A stretch of DNA of 64,000 nt from Camelus ferus (Eukaryota): assembly GCF_009834535.1 (NCBI RefSeq), contig NC_045697.1, positions 39,062,001 through 39,126,000 of the forward strand, given 5' to 3'. The first letter of the stretch is position 1; the number at the start of each line of letters is the position of its first letter. The position numbers were made by a program, and so were the translations under genes. The notes beneath the pieces were generated by a model. The model was given only the letters and a program-made list of their open reading frames with translations, was not told the DNA's origin and ran no database searches. Of this stretch, positions 40,984 to 53,375 are shown one piece after another.

Positions 40984-41865
40984 CTTAAGAAAGGAAGAAA
41001 GAACTTATTTTAAACAATGGAAAACTTGTAAAATTAGTACATTACAAGGTACAATTTGAAAAAAATCAAACTCCCTTTTAAAATACTGATATGGCATTGT
41101 AAAATGACTATAACTCAATAAAAAAGTGTTTAAAAAAATACTGATATGGCAGCTGTAATAAAAGTAATGCCTAAAAAAAGGGGGGGGGGGCAAAATATGG
41201 CAGAAGCAGTGCATTTCATCTGTCCATCGAACTATGATTCCTTTAATAGGCTTCCTGATACTTAATAAAAACACAAAAACAAAAACAACCACAACAGCTT
41301 CTGTTATAAAAAGGAAAAGGAAATATTGTCTACTTTAACTGTCCCTGTATAAAGTTAGGTTTATAATATTAACATTCTATGAGCTCTAAGGGAATACATA
41401 CAGGATTTAAGTGTGTAAGGCCAAATTTCCAACAAATTATAAACCCACACAAACCCAAGAAGTTGTTCTAGGCAATGGCCTGCAAATTACATTCAGTGCT
41501 GTTGGACATATCCATGTTTCATTTTCCTTTTTCTCCTCACTTTGGCAAAACAGGAATCAATTCTACAGATATTCTAAAATCCCTGAATGATGCTATGTAA
41601 ATGAATACCAAACAAAAAAAATACATAAAAGTATACATAGCATGGGATATAAAAAGTGTAGAATTGAATTAATGCATATAAGCTCTGTACCTAAACTTGT
41701 GACCTCTGACTTCCATGTAAAACAATACCACAGGAGACAGAAAGTATCTTTTCTTAATGCCAAGGTGTATGGGGCACTCAACCTCCTATTGAAAATATAG
41801 GTTTTAATACCTAGTACTTTTTTTTCCCATTTCCTTTTCCTAAGTTTTTATTACAGATGTTTTCA

Positions 41866-41891
41866 AACACACACACACACACACACACACA
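41866..41891. repeat. (CA)n microsatellite
   Basis: About 12 AC units. Confidence 0.9.
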
Positions 41892-42022
41892 AAAGAACAG
41901 TATATCAGCCCTACAAAGGGAAGACCTAGTTATCAACATCTTGCCAGTTTTGTTCATCTATCTGCTTCCTTAAAGTAAATCCCAATACTAAGTCATTTTT
42001 TAGTGGTACAGACTTTCCTCAC

Positions 42023-42152
42023 CTGCAGAAAATCTATATGGCCTGTGGTACCCAAATATAGAACCATTCCTGGTTTAAGCACAAAAGTTCTTGGAACAAT
42101 GGAGTGTGTTGGCAAAACAATATTTACTTCTTTTTCTGTTATGATTTAAAAT
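42023..42152 (-). pseudogene. NOA1: psi-NOA1 exon 4 (frameshifted)
   Basis: TTACAG|ATT TTA AAT CATA ACA GAA: ILN and [30 protein letters not shown]...IDFLQ are in different frames; 130 nt, not a multiple of 3 for a phase 0/0 exon. Confidence 0.92.
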
Positions 42153-44558
42153 CTGTAAAGCAAAGGGCAAATTTTTAAAAGAATTACTTTCAATGAACAT
42201 ATGATATATTGTGATTTACCTTTAAGATAAAAAGTGATGATAAAATATTCCAGATTTCACAATAAAGCAAAGTATATAATTCAGATTTTGCTGCACATGA
42301 AATTCATATATTCTTTCTGCTTAAATGAATCATTTTACAAATGGCTCTACTCTGTTTTACAACTTAATCTTGAATAATGGCAATATAACTTTATAGGAGT
42401 GTGAGACAGCAGCATCCCCCAAATTCTGTCAAATTTTGTGTGAACTGAAAGTACTGACGATTCAGTTGCAAGCTAGAAAACATGTTGTCTCCATCAAAGG
42501 CTTCTGGGGAGCAGCAGTTTTCAGCTAACAGTCAGGCAATGTCCTACATTCTATTCTAGTGGCAAGTATGCATGCATTAGGTGCAAAATGATCACCCCCT
42601 TCTATGAGCAAGTAAAGAGCTTGAAGAACCTTTTCTAAATTCCAGTCTTTGGTTTCCTTATTTCTCCCAAATACTCAGCACAAAAGAGAGAGAGAGAGAG
42701 AGAAAGTTATGAATCCTGCGGCTTCTAAGGATAAAGAGCTCCTAAAGAGACTAGAGAAAATAGAAAGGAAAGCTAGGCAGTACAAGATTCTGCTAAGATT
42801 TAAGGAATAAAAATCTGATTAAAAAATAGAGACAGTAAAAGCAAACAAACAGATAAACTTTTGAGCACTTGCTTCTCGCGAGAAAATAAAATTATTTTAT
42901 TAATTAAAATTAAAGATTAAAAAATGTGTGATATTCAGTGAGGCTCACAAAAAATACATAAGGGGGCTGCAAGTAGTTTTTCTCAGTATTTATGTTTGAC
43001 AAAGCATATTAAAAGCCACCTGCAGTAAAGAAACCTTTTAAGTCTTTTATACCAGAGACCCTAATAATTTGGTTCAGTTTGGGAAACACTGGTTGAAGGC
43101 ATCAAATAAATAGATCAATAAACTGGCACTGAATCCTACTGCCTGAAAGAACTTTTATATCTAAAACCTTGCAGGTCTCACTGCTGGGTTCTTGCCTTTC
43201 TGACTAATTGACAAGAGAGTACACATGACCAAGTAACTGCTATCCCTGACCTGAGTCTAAAGGAAAGAATGAATTGGTGAAGTTAAAGTGATAGAACATT
43301 ACTAGGAAGCAGTGCAGTTGCTCTGAAGTTCTGTATTGCTAAAGAAGAAAAGACTGGACACAAACAATTGTTGTAGAGGGCAAAGAAGGTTAAAAGACCT
43401 ATATGGGGACACCAGATGGGATACAATTCGAAGAATGAAACTATAAGTGATTCTGATGGCAAAGGGAGGAAAAATTCTTAAGAATCTAATGTTGTTTCAC
43501 AGAGCCATACACAGACGATTAGGTACATTAGAACCTGGTCAGTAACCAGATTCAGAGGAAGCTGATTAATGGATCTGTTGTAAGGCTGCGTCCTAAATGC
43601 ACACTTGACTCAACTGATGACTTGGATGATGATCCAAACTGCAAATGAATAAAAGGTTGTGAGATTTAATGAGCATGTAGGATATAGGCTGAATTGAAGA
43701 TAAAATCAAAGTTTCCCAGGAGATTCTGCAATTGGATTAAAAAGATGTGTAAAAACAAGATAGGTAGAACTAATCCTATTCCAAATTAGGCTCATCTGAG
43801 GCACTTATACAAGAAATTTAGTTGTTTATGTCATACTTTAAGAACAAAAACAAATTAGAAATCATTGTGACAAGGGGCCTGTGTTCATCACTAGCCTTTC
43901 AGAGAGAAGAGCTACAGGAAACGAAGACAAATTGTCTGGATTACATCAGCACAGTAAGTATTCCATCTTTGCTGGATGAACCAGTGAAAGAGAAGAAAAG
44001 AGTAGAATGAAGGAGAGAGAGGACATTATACTTTAAAATACTTCAAAGTCTGCCAAAGGAAAGAGGCATTACATTTGTTCTGTACAGCTTTGGGGAACAA
44101 GACAAGTGACAGGGAGACTGCTCAGCTCAACACAAAGAGCAGGTCAGAGACCAAAGGGGTGACCTTGGAAGGTGTGGTGACACTGCTTCAGCTGAATGTG
44201 TCATGCCTTACTTCAGTTCAAGCTGGGTGCACCTCTTGATGGATATGTTACAGAGGGAATTCAAGCATGAAACAGGTGACTGGATGCAGTGATACGATTT
44301 CTTTCAACCTCCAAAATCTAGGATTCTGTAAATGTCTCCCTCACTAAGGAAACCACAAAGATATAAGTAGGTTATCAGCAGTAAAGCCTACCAAATGGCA
44401 TATAGAACTTGATGGCATATAGGTTTTCCTTGAACCCTGAGCTGTTTTAATTAGTGAAATCAGAATTTAGTTTAAAATGAAAGTATACCTCCTTTTCTGC
44501 CAATTAAGACAGACTTGCAACTGAAAGTTATTGTTTCTAAAAGACATCAAAAACATAC

Positions 44559-44755
44559 ACAATTTTCTTTTGTAATTCCAGGGGTGTCGTAAAACCAGTA
44601 GGCATCTTTCCCATCTTGTGGGGTTAATTCTACTCGTTTGGTGGATTTATCTCCAACCATAACAAGTTGGTTTCCCATGTCAGAGGCAAGTGAATCAGTA
44701 TCAAACTCAAAGAAGCTTCATCCTTCTGAATACAAGAATGTTCTTTTAATTCTTC
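44559..44755 (-). pseudogene. NOA1: psi-NOA1 exon 3 (in-frame stop)
   Basis: CTAG|(G)[25 protein letters not shown]...[24 protein letters not shown] at 44720-44718; G3 DTPG retained. Confidence 0.92.
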
Positions 44756-45346
44756 CTAGAATAATTTATATTGAAGCTAGTAGTCTCTCCTTTAAAGCTT
44801 TTGACTCAAGATATATAATTCTTATGTTTGCCTCAAACAAATTACTAAGTATGGAGTATGGAATGAGACTACAATGATACTTTATTTCCAAAGGCAGTGG
44901 GAGTCAGACTCTTTTAATGATTAAGTGTGTGGCTGGCTGTGCACATTGCTCAGGTTGGGGATGTAGGGGTGGGTAGTGTTGGAAATCAAACTGTTTTTAG
45001 TAAAGGAAGATGAAAAGAGGTACCAAGGAAAGGAGGGCAATCTACTTTAAAGCTGCAATAGATCAAAGACCTATACTGGTTTGCAAGGAGATGGCTAGTA
45101 TCTTAGTGAAAATATTTCTACTGCTGACAGTGGCCAGATGAGCAGTTATTCATGTTTCCTTTCCTAATTTCTCCATGCATCTACTGTATCAATTTTCTCA
45201 TCACAATGAACTCTGGGTTTCCAAACAGCCTTGCCTCTAAAGGACCTCTATGTTCCCAAATGACTAAGTAATTTCTTCCTCCAAAACTGGCTAGCCCAGA
45301 ATATTAGCAGAGACCCAACAAGAGGTTTCCTATAGAAGGCGCTTAC

Positions 45347-45503
45347 CTACTACATAACCATGTTTTTTCAAGAGAGTAAGTTGATTTTGTTCCTGCCATT
45401 CTACCGCTTCAGTTGCATCTTGTTAAAGCCTTCTTTGCCTTTGAAACATTCTGTAAGGAGTTGGATTACAAATAGGAAACTTGAGAAGGTTTTAATATAG
45501 CAC
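45347..45503 (-). pseudogene. NOA1: psi-NOA1 exon 2 (acceptor mutated, +1, stop)
   Basis: TTCAA|GT in place of AG|GT; extra A at 45490-45493; [23 protein letters not shown] with TAA at 45425-45423; ends LKKHGYVV G|GTAAGC. Confidence 0.9.
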
Positions 45504-46436
45504 TTGAAGCAGCAAAGAATAAATACGTTGTTATAAACATTGTATAAGAAAAGAGAATAAGGAGAGGAAACTTAACATTTAGGAGGAGCTACACTATCTT
45601 GGGTACTGTGGTTATTTCACTCAGCTTTCATGACAGCTCTCTACAAAATTATTCCTACTTTACAGACTAGGAAACAGGATCAGAGACTGGCTCACAGGCT
45701 TAATTAACTAGGAGTTGAATCCCAAATCTGTAGGCCTGATTTCTTTCTATTTTCCCCGTACTACTAACTGGTATTAAAGCACTTCTGCGTATAATTCAAC
45801 CAAAGTCCGCTACAGGAAAAACAGCTTTTCAAAGTTAAGGACTGGTTTCAAAGGAACAAACGAAGTAGTTAGTTTTGCCAGCTGTTAAAGACAAACAGGG
45901 TTATAGAAGAACCCATTTTACAATTACTATAGATGTGTCTTAAAGTCACAAAGTTGACATTTCTTCTCAACAAAGCCACACATCACATTGCCTTAGTGAA
46001 TTATTCCAATGTTAAATCTGTTTAGTATTCTTATGAGTAAACTGAAGCCATAAGGGGTAAGACTGAGGGGTGGACAGAGGCTTAGAAAGTAAATGAAGGA
46101 CTTTCTGGAGAAACATGCAAAGAACTAAAGCTACAAGGGAAACCTCCAAGAGAGCAGGAACTTCCTGTGTCCCCTGGTTCATCTATACAGCCAGAACAGT
46201 GACTGGAACGTAGAAGGACTCAATTATTTCTATTGGAAAGTTACCACAACAAATACTGAATTTCCAAGCACTAAACTGCCACGAAAGAGAGATGTGACCA
46301 AAGTAGTTTTTCCTTTAAAAGGAAAGACTTCTGCTAGCCTCTAGTGGACATTAAGGAAGGATACAGTACTACGTGCCTGAACCATAATGAGACTTCCACC
46401 TCAGAAAACAAAGGGGATGAGAGTCCTAAAACTCAC

Positions 46437-47507
46437 CAGGCCAAGGGGAATCGGTAGCCCTGTCGATAGCCTCAGCACCCTTGGCGATGCAGTAATCGGA
46501 CTCCAGGAGCGTGTTGAAGAGAGTGGTCTTGCTAGCGTTGTTGGCGCCAACCAAGCAGGCGGCGCCGCGGTAGCGCCAGGAGCGCTGGAGCACGGAGATC
46601 AATTCTTCGACTCCATAGCCAGTCTTGGCGCTGATGAGCCGCATGTCCCTGAGCACTGTGCGGGACTTTGGTCGAAGGATTCACATTATTCGCCGCGTCC
46701 CGAGGCCGGTCCCTGCTCGGGTGTTGTGGCCCTCGGTAGCCAGGGGGCGGCAGGATCCCGGCGCGGGCACAGTCGTCCCACAGTCGCTCCTGGAGCCGTT
46801 GCCGGTAACCAGCAGTATCCTGGGGCAGGAGGTCCACCTTGTTTCCTAGCACGATCAGCTGCTTGGGGCCCACCAACGCGGGCAGGTGAGGCAGCAGGTT
46901 GTCCGGCAGATCGAGGAGGTCCACCATGTAGAGTACCAGGGAGGGCTCGGCCCGCCGCAGCGCGGCGCTCACCAGCTCCAGGTACCGCTCGCGGCTCATC
47001 TGCAGACGCAGGGCGCGCCGGTGATGAATCAGCCGCCAGCAGCGCTGGCACACCTTCCGCTCCAGTCCGCGGTCTGCCTGTGCAGCTCCTCCACGAAACC
47101 TGAACAGTTCAGGAGGCTGAGCTGCACCGTCGAGTCCGGATGCCCCACGACCAGGTGCACTTAACGTCTGCTGTCCCTGCTCCTCCTGCCCTGTTGCATC
47201 TGTCGCTCCTTCTCCTCCTGCTGCTGCTGCAGCTTCCGCAGCTGGTCTTGGAGGCTCAGTGCGGGAGCCGGCTCCGGGACGTACTCGGGGAACAGAAAAT
47301 GCTTCTCCATGTCAGCCCTTCCTTCGTAACCCCCAGTCGCTGTCGGGCCACGGGGAGGCCCACGACCCAGATCCGATGGGTGCTGGGAGCAGCCGTCCGC
47401 GCATCTTCTCTCGTGAGCTTCTCCGGGAGTTCATGGGGCTTTACTATGAGAGCGGATCGCCGCAGGACCCTGCAGAACAGCCTAGGAGTGAGATGCTCGG
47501 GAAGCAT
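46437..47507 (-). pseudogene. NOA1: psi-NOA1 exon 1 coding part (several frameshifts)
   Basis: ATG at 47507; NOA1 peptides (MLP..., ERRC...FLFPEY, VVGHPD...NCSG, VCQRCW...[18 protein letters not shown]...SPWPG) are split over different frames; TAA at 47163-47161; donor CCTG|GTGAGT. Confidence 0.93.
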
Positions 47508-48500
47508 GAGAAACGCGAAAGCGGGCAAAGGGGTGGAGCCACCTGTTCGCACGCGCACTGAGGCCCCAGAGTCGCGTTAATTACTGGAGGAAAGCTCGGG
47601 ACAACCTGAGAGCAGTCATTTGTCAGTTGGCTCACTAGCGCTCCTCCTCCTAAAGCTAATGTCGTGAGTTCTCGCGATGAGAGCTCCGTGGCCTGGAAAT
47701 CCACTTAACATGGAGGTAAAAGTACTAGGGACTTAGAGACTGAGCTGGGTTAGACAATTAGACTAGTTAATGAGAGTGTGTTTACTTTCAGGCTTCTTTA
47801 ACGCGCCGCAGCTTACCCTACCTGCCGTTAAGAAATCACACTTTTAAAAGCTTTGCGTTTTTTAGTTTTTGGAGCTGGAAAAAAATTGAACATCGAATAT
47901 CCCAGACACATGGCCATGGTTAAAACCATGACCATTAATATATTTATTTGGCTTTTTTTCATGGCCACAATTAAAATCTATAATTAATACATCTTCTTGG
48001 CTTTTTTTTTTTTCAGGTGTTAATATTTCCCCAACAATATTAAAAGGCAGAACTCATTGGCTAGATCTGAGTCACAGAGTGTAGGCGTGGTCCTCGCGGT
48101 TAACCCCACGAGGCTTCAACCCACAAACTGCGCATGTGCCGACTCACCCTTCGCGAATTTAGCCCACCCTTGGCGCAGGCGCACACGATATATGGGCGTC
48201 TTTGAGGGCGGAGCTTCGCGTGGGACGCAGCGTATTCTGGGAACGCCGGAGACGGAAATTACTTCGCCACACTGGTCGTCGGACTCGCTTGAGCGCTTGT
48301 CTGTTTGTGATTTCTAGAGTTCGGAGCTGGTCAACTGTTTTCTAACCTGTATGACGCGGACGAGGGTAGGTGACCACTCAGAACTCTCCGCAGCGACCCA
48401 TCTAAGGAGGGAGACGTGAGGAGCTGGACGAATTGAGGATTTGCGGCCTTTCCCCGAGCCCGTCGCACAAGTGTCCGCAGTCGTGTGTCCCCCATCCTCC
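47508..48500. promoter_or_regulatory. Head-to-head NOA1/POLR2B promoter region
   Basis: CpG-rich; NRF1-like TGCGCATGTGC (48129-48139) and GCGCAGGCGCA (48173-48183), GC box (48206-48211), ETS-like CGGAAA (48253-48258), TCTCGCGA (47670-47677). Confidence 0.75.
48347..48365 (+). pseudogene. POLR2B: psi-POLR2B first coding exon segment (start codon lost)
   Basis: CTG TAT GAC GCG GAC GAG G|GTAGG = (M>L)YDADE. Confidence 0.82.
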
Positions 48501-50327
48501 AGACCGGGAACGAAGCTAGGATTTTGAGGGGTGGAGGGTACAGGGATCGTAGCATTTATGTTTCTCGTCACGGTGACTCTATTCCACTGTTCGCTGCTGG
48601 ATAAATGTGACACTCCGCGTACTGAAATAGCGTGCAGAACCGTACGACAAATTGTGTTGTTTTGACTTTGTCTGAAACAAAGGACTCCTCGATTTTCCTT
48701 TAAACCAGAATTAGTGGATTTGTTGAATTTTTGAGCGTCAACCTGTACAAGGCATTGTGCTAGGCTCTGGAAATAAACCAGGGACAAATAATATAAAGTT
48801 GTTGAGGCGGGGGAGAGGGTTGGTCTAGTTTGGCATTCCTAAGTAAATTGTTTTAAAAGATGACCTTTACATTTCCTCTTTACACAAGGTGACACAGTTC
48901 TCAGATAGTATGTATTTTACTGAACAGAGCCAGTGTATCTTGTTTTTCTTTTTACATACAGAATCCTAGTCATGTATAGTGTATTTTCTTTATATGTTTT
49001 AATGCTCCCTCTTCCATTCTTCGCAGCTATTTCAGACTTCGTTTTCTTCTAGCTCCCAATCTCGTGGCCACCCCTCACATTTCTTCTTATTCCCTCAGCT
49101 GTTTCATGGAGATAATAGAAGCAAAAGCTTAAACTCCACTGCGTAAAATTCCGTCCCATTTTAATCTTGAGTCTGGAAATGTTCTGGCATCATTACATTC
49201 TCTTTTTCTTAACTCCTATCTCGGAAAGAAAGTTGAAAAAATTTTAGCTTCATGTTTCTGAGAAGGTAATAGGTTCTCATGGCTCACAAGCTAGAAAATG
49301 TAAAAATGTTAAGTGTAAGGTCTTATTCTTGTCCACCGTCTGTCCTGTGTGAGCCCTCTCCACAGAAGGTAACCACTGTTCTTAGATTCTTATCTTTCCA
49401 GGTGCTTTAAGCATTTTCAAGCAAGTATAAATAGCATTCTGTTTTCCCTCTTTTTACAGACAAAAAGTAACATTTATACTTTGTTGCACTTTTATTTTTT
49501 GCGTTACATATTTGTATCTATCCAGGAGATTTTCATATCAGTATATGGAGAGCATGTAAATTTTTTTTCACAGCTGCTAGTTTGTGTGGATATACCATAA
49601 CTTAGAGTGTATCTTCTTGGTTGATATTTGGGTTACTTCCAGTCTTTTTCTGATTCAAACAATGCTGTAGTGAGTAATTTTGTACATGTTATTTTGTCTA
49701 ATACAAGTATATCTGTAGGATAAGTTCCTAGGTATAAAATTGTCAGGTCAAATGATATGCAAATGTTACAGAAAATATTAATATTTTGCTCGATGGTGCC
49801 AATTGACCACCATAGTGATTGTGCTAATTGATATTATCATTAACTATATAATAATCCTGTGGGAAAGGAGTTAATGTTACCTCATTTATCAAGTCTGCTC
49901 CAGCATTGAGTCTCCATTCTACTCCTGCTTGTGTCCTTTGATATCATTATTAGATAGCCTCTCATTCGTTTTTAAACACTCCTTTTCAGCTGGATTCTTT
50001 CTCTGTGAAATAGATTTCTCTTTTCCTCAAGAAAATAAGTTGAATGCTTTGTTTCCCCCCCCCCCCCAATATTTTAGGAAATCAGAGACTTCTCGATTGA
50101 TAAATCAGATGGACCTTTTTTAAACCTTCTCTAAACCCTGTAGTAGGCAACATTGTTGATGACTTCCTTGGGGAAACTCACAGGTTCCATCTGCCACATC
50201 AGTCTCATTTGATTCTTTTTATCTTTATGACTTTATCATTCTTTTCTGCTGTTTACATTAACTCGGGTTGATTTCATCCATTCTCCATGGCTTCAGTTAC
50301 AGTCTGTATGTGGATGACTTCTGAGTA

Positions 50328-51175
50328 CAGTTGGCCCTCCGTATCTGTGGGCTTTGCATGTGGAGATTCAACTAATCTTGGGTGGAAAATATTTGGAAAA
50401 AATTTCCAGAAAGTTCCAGAAAGGACAACTTGAATGTGCCTTGTGCTGACAACTGTTCATGCCTTGTTTTTTTTTTTTTTTTTTTTTTTGCTCCCCTTTT
50501 TTGTACTTCACAGTATTGCCTTTTTTTTTTTTTTTTTACAAGTTTAGATTTATGGCAATTCTGTGTTGAGCAGGTCTACTGATGTCATTTTATTAACAAC
50601 ATTTGTTTACTTCATGTCTCTCTCACATTTTGGTAATTCTCACAGTATTTCAAACTTTTTTCATTATTTGTTATGGTGATCTGTGATCAGTGATCTTTGA
50701 TTTTACTGTGAGTCACTGAAGGCTCAGATGATGGTTAGCATTTTTTAGCAATAAAGTATTTTTAAATTAAGGTATGTACATTTTTTAAGATACAGTGTAG
50801 TGCACACTCAATAGACTATAGTGTAGTGGAAATATAACTTTTATGTGCTCTGGGAAGCCAAAAAATTCACGTAACTCAGGGTGGTCTGGAACTAAACCTG
50901 TATCTCCGAGGTACGCCTGTACAAAAGCATTTACGTTGTATTTACGACTACTGATGTAGCATTTACATTGCATTAGTTATCGTAAGTGATCTAGAAATGA
51001 CTTAAACTATAAGGGAGAAAAGAATTTTTTTAAATTAAAAAAAATATATAAGGGAGAATGTATGTTGGTTATATGGAAATACTATGCTATATTACGTAAG
51101 AATTTGAGCGACCTCCAATTTGGGTATCCATTGGGCATCCTCGCACCAGTTCCATATGAATACCGAGGGACAGCT
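50328..51175. mobile_element. Tigger3/MER2-like element with nested internally deleted Tigger1 (about 50454-50919)
   Basis: Outer ends CAGTTGGCCCTCCGTATC and ATACCGAGGGACAGCT; inner element ends ATCTCCGAGGTACGCCTG(TA). Confidence 0.7.
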
Positions 51176-52555
51176 TTATTTCCAATCTAGACGTCTTGCA
51201 TAGCTAAATGCCACTAGATAACTTCACTTAGATGTCTTCCTGGGTGCCTCAGCATTGTACTGCCCAAACAGTTGACTATTTTCCTTAACTCACTGCCCCT
51301 TCCAAAGCTGCTTCCTCCTGTGTTCTCCATCTTGGTGAATGGTATCACCCTCTTTTATTGAAGCCAGAAGCTTGGGCATCATTCTTGATTCCTCTTTTCT
51401 TGCCTTATGCCTAATGACTCAGCAAGCACTGAGGGTTCTGTCTCATAAATATAAAATCTATTCACTTCTCCATCCCCTCTGCCGCAATTCTGGTTCACCA
51501 TCTCTTGCCTGGATTACGTCCTCAGACTCTTAACTGGTTTGTGTGCTTTCAGTTTCCTTGTCTTTCTGATCCCCTCTCCACACTGGGGCAATAGTGATCT
51601 TTCAGAAATGAAAATCTGACCATTCTGCTAAAACCTTAGAATGGTTGCTCGAAGCTCTATTGGTAAAGCCCAATCTTTTACCACTCCAACTTCACACTCT
51701 GTGCTTTGGCTAGACTGGTTTTCTTTTGTTCCTTGTATATCTTTCATTGTGGAGCGTTTTGCACTATTTGTTTTCTGTTTGGAATACTTTCTCTCCCCCT
51801 CCCACACTCACTCCCTCCTTTTGCCTGGCTTACTCTGCATAACTCAGCTTTTGGGAAGTCTTCCCAACCTCCTTAGGTCCTGGTTAGAAGTGTCCATTCA
51901 CTTTATTCTTCCTTTAATTGGCTTCATCTTGTCCATATCTCCTCAGTAGGTGATAATCTACCTGAGGATACAGCCATTTTTAATCTTGTTGAAGGTAACA
52001 TCTCCAATGCCTGGGACATAGTAAATGATCACATTCTATAAATATTTGATAAGTGGATGAATGAATAAATGAGCCTCCGCAGATTCATTTTCCTGCACAT
52101 GACTAACAGTGGTTTTCCCTAATATCCTGTCTTCAGTCTTCATTCTTTATGTTAACTCTCCTTATTGTACCAACTACTTAATAATTCTGAACTCTTGGTA
52201 ATTTAGACTCCTTATTTGACCTTCATATTTGTATCCATTTGCAAGTATTTAAAGGGATAAATAATCTACAGTTTTATTGAAAGCTGACTTCATCATTTCC
52301 TCTCCTTTTCCCACCTTCTGCTGTGTGGCTGTGTTATTAACCTCTAGTCTGTCATCAGAGTTAGAAATCACTGAGCTATTTTAGATACCTTTGTCTTTCT
52401 TACCCCTCCCCTCGTGTGTAGGGATTGGTAATTTCAGTCCATTCAAGAAGTATTTATTGAATAATTTATTTTGGATATAAAATTTTGAATCAAAATCTTA
52501 CATTTTATAGACTATATAGGTCAGAATAGAAAGACAAAAATGCAGCACACTTAAT

Positions 52556-52700
52556 ATTTTTAAATAAATTACTTTTAAATTTTTCTTGGGGGCGGTGCTT
52601 AGGCTTACTTATTTATTTGTTTCTTAGTGGAGGTACTGGGAATTGAACCCAGGATGCCATGCATGCTAAGAACTCTACCACGCAGCTATATCCAACCCCC
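52556..52700 (-). mobile_element. tRNA-derived SINE (vic-1-like)
   Basis: Reverse-complement A/B boxes; TSD CACACTTAAT at 52546-52555 and 52701-52710. Confidence 0.85.
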
Positions 52701-52769
52701 CACACTTAATCTTTTCTATAAGAAGATGAGACTAATTTTAAGACCAGTGGAAACCGATTTTTCAAATGA

Positions 52770-53375
52770 CCTGTTATTTAAGATACTATTGCTGCGTAAC
52801 TACCTCAAAGTGTGGCTGCTTAAAAGTTAATGTAATATATTCATGGATTCAGTGGGTCAGGAATTTGGACAGCATAGTAGGAATGGCTGGTCTGCTGCCT
52901 GATGTCAGTGGTTGAACTGGGAAGACTCAAAGGCTGGGTGTTGCCAGCTGGGGGCTAGGTGATCTGGAGTGTTTACTAACATGTCTGGCACCTGACCTGG
53001 ATGGACTCAAGTACTAGGATTGCTGACTGGAGCAGCTATAAACAGTCTCTCCGTATGGTTTGGGCTTCCTCACCTAAGTAGTAGCCTTCACAGTAGTAGA
53101 ACTTCCTAATGGTAGCTCAGGGCTCCAGAAGTAAGTGTTTTAGCAAACAAGGGGGAACTAACTGCATTAAATTTCCTGGCCTAGCTTCTAAAGTCATGAA
53201 GTGTTGCTTCAGCTGTATTCACTTAATTACAGAAGCGAGAAAAAACCCACCCAGACTTAAGGGGAGGAAACAGACTCCTATATCTTGGTAGCAGGAGTGT
53301 CAAGATCACTTTTCTTATAAGGAAGCATGTGAACTGGAAGAGATGGTTCTGGCCATCTTTGGAAAATACAGACTG
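52770..53375 (-). mobile_element. MaLR (MLT1-like) LTR
   Basis: TATTGCTGCGTAAC...GTGGGTCAGGAATTTGGACAG...GGCCATCTTTGGAAAATACA motifs. Confidence 0.6.

Larger units (their letters stand above)
36639..47507 (-). pseudogene. NOA1: NOA1 (mitochondrial cpGTPase, MTG3/YqeH family) unprocessed pseudogene, 7 exons
   Basis: All exons found in order with introns; multiple frameshifts, in-frame stops and lost splice acceptors (see exon entries). Confidence 0.93.

Noticed and set aside
46426..47053. Programmed frameshifting or a short functional NOA1 from the 173-aa and 76-aa ORFs
   Set aside because: Too many separate lesions, downstream stops, lost acceptors and a mutated P-loop.
36639..47507. NOA1 as a processed pseudogene
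   Set aside because: Introns are present and the position is syntenic.
46387..47580. 238-aa and 146-aa + strand ORFs
   Set aside because: Antisense shadows of GC-rich NOA1 exon 1 with no independent support.
48347..48349. POLR2B using a regulated CTG start codon
   Set aside because: The frame hits TAG in exon 2 and exon 3 is also broken; the nearby ATG at 48351 does not restore the frame.
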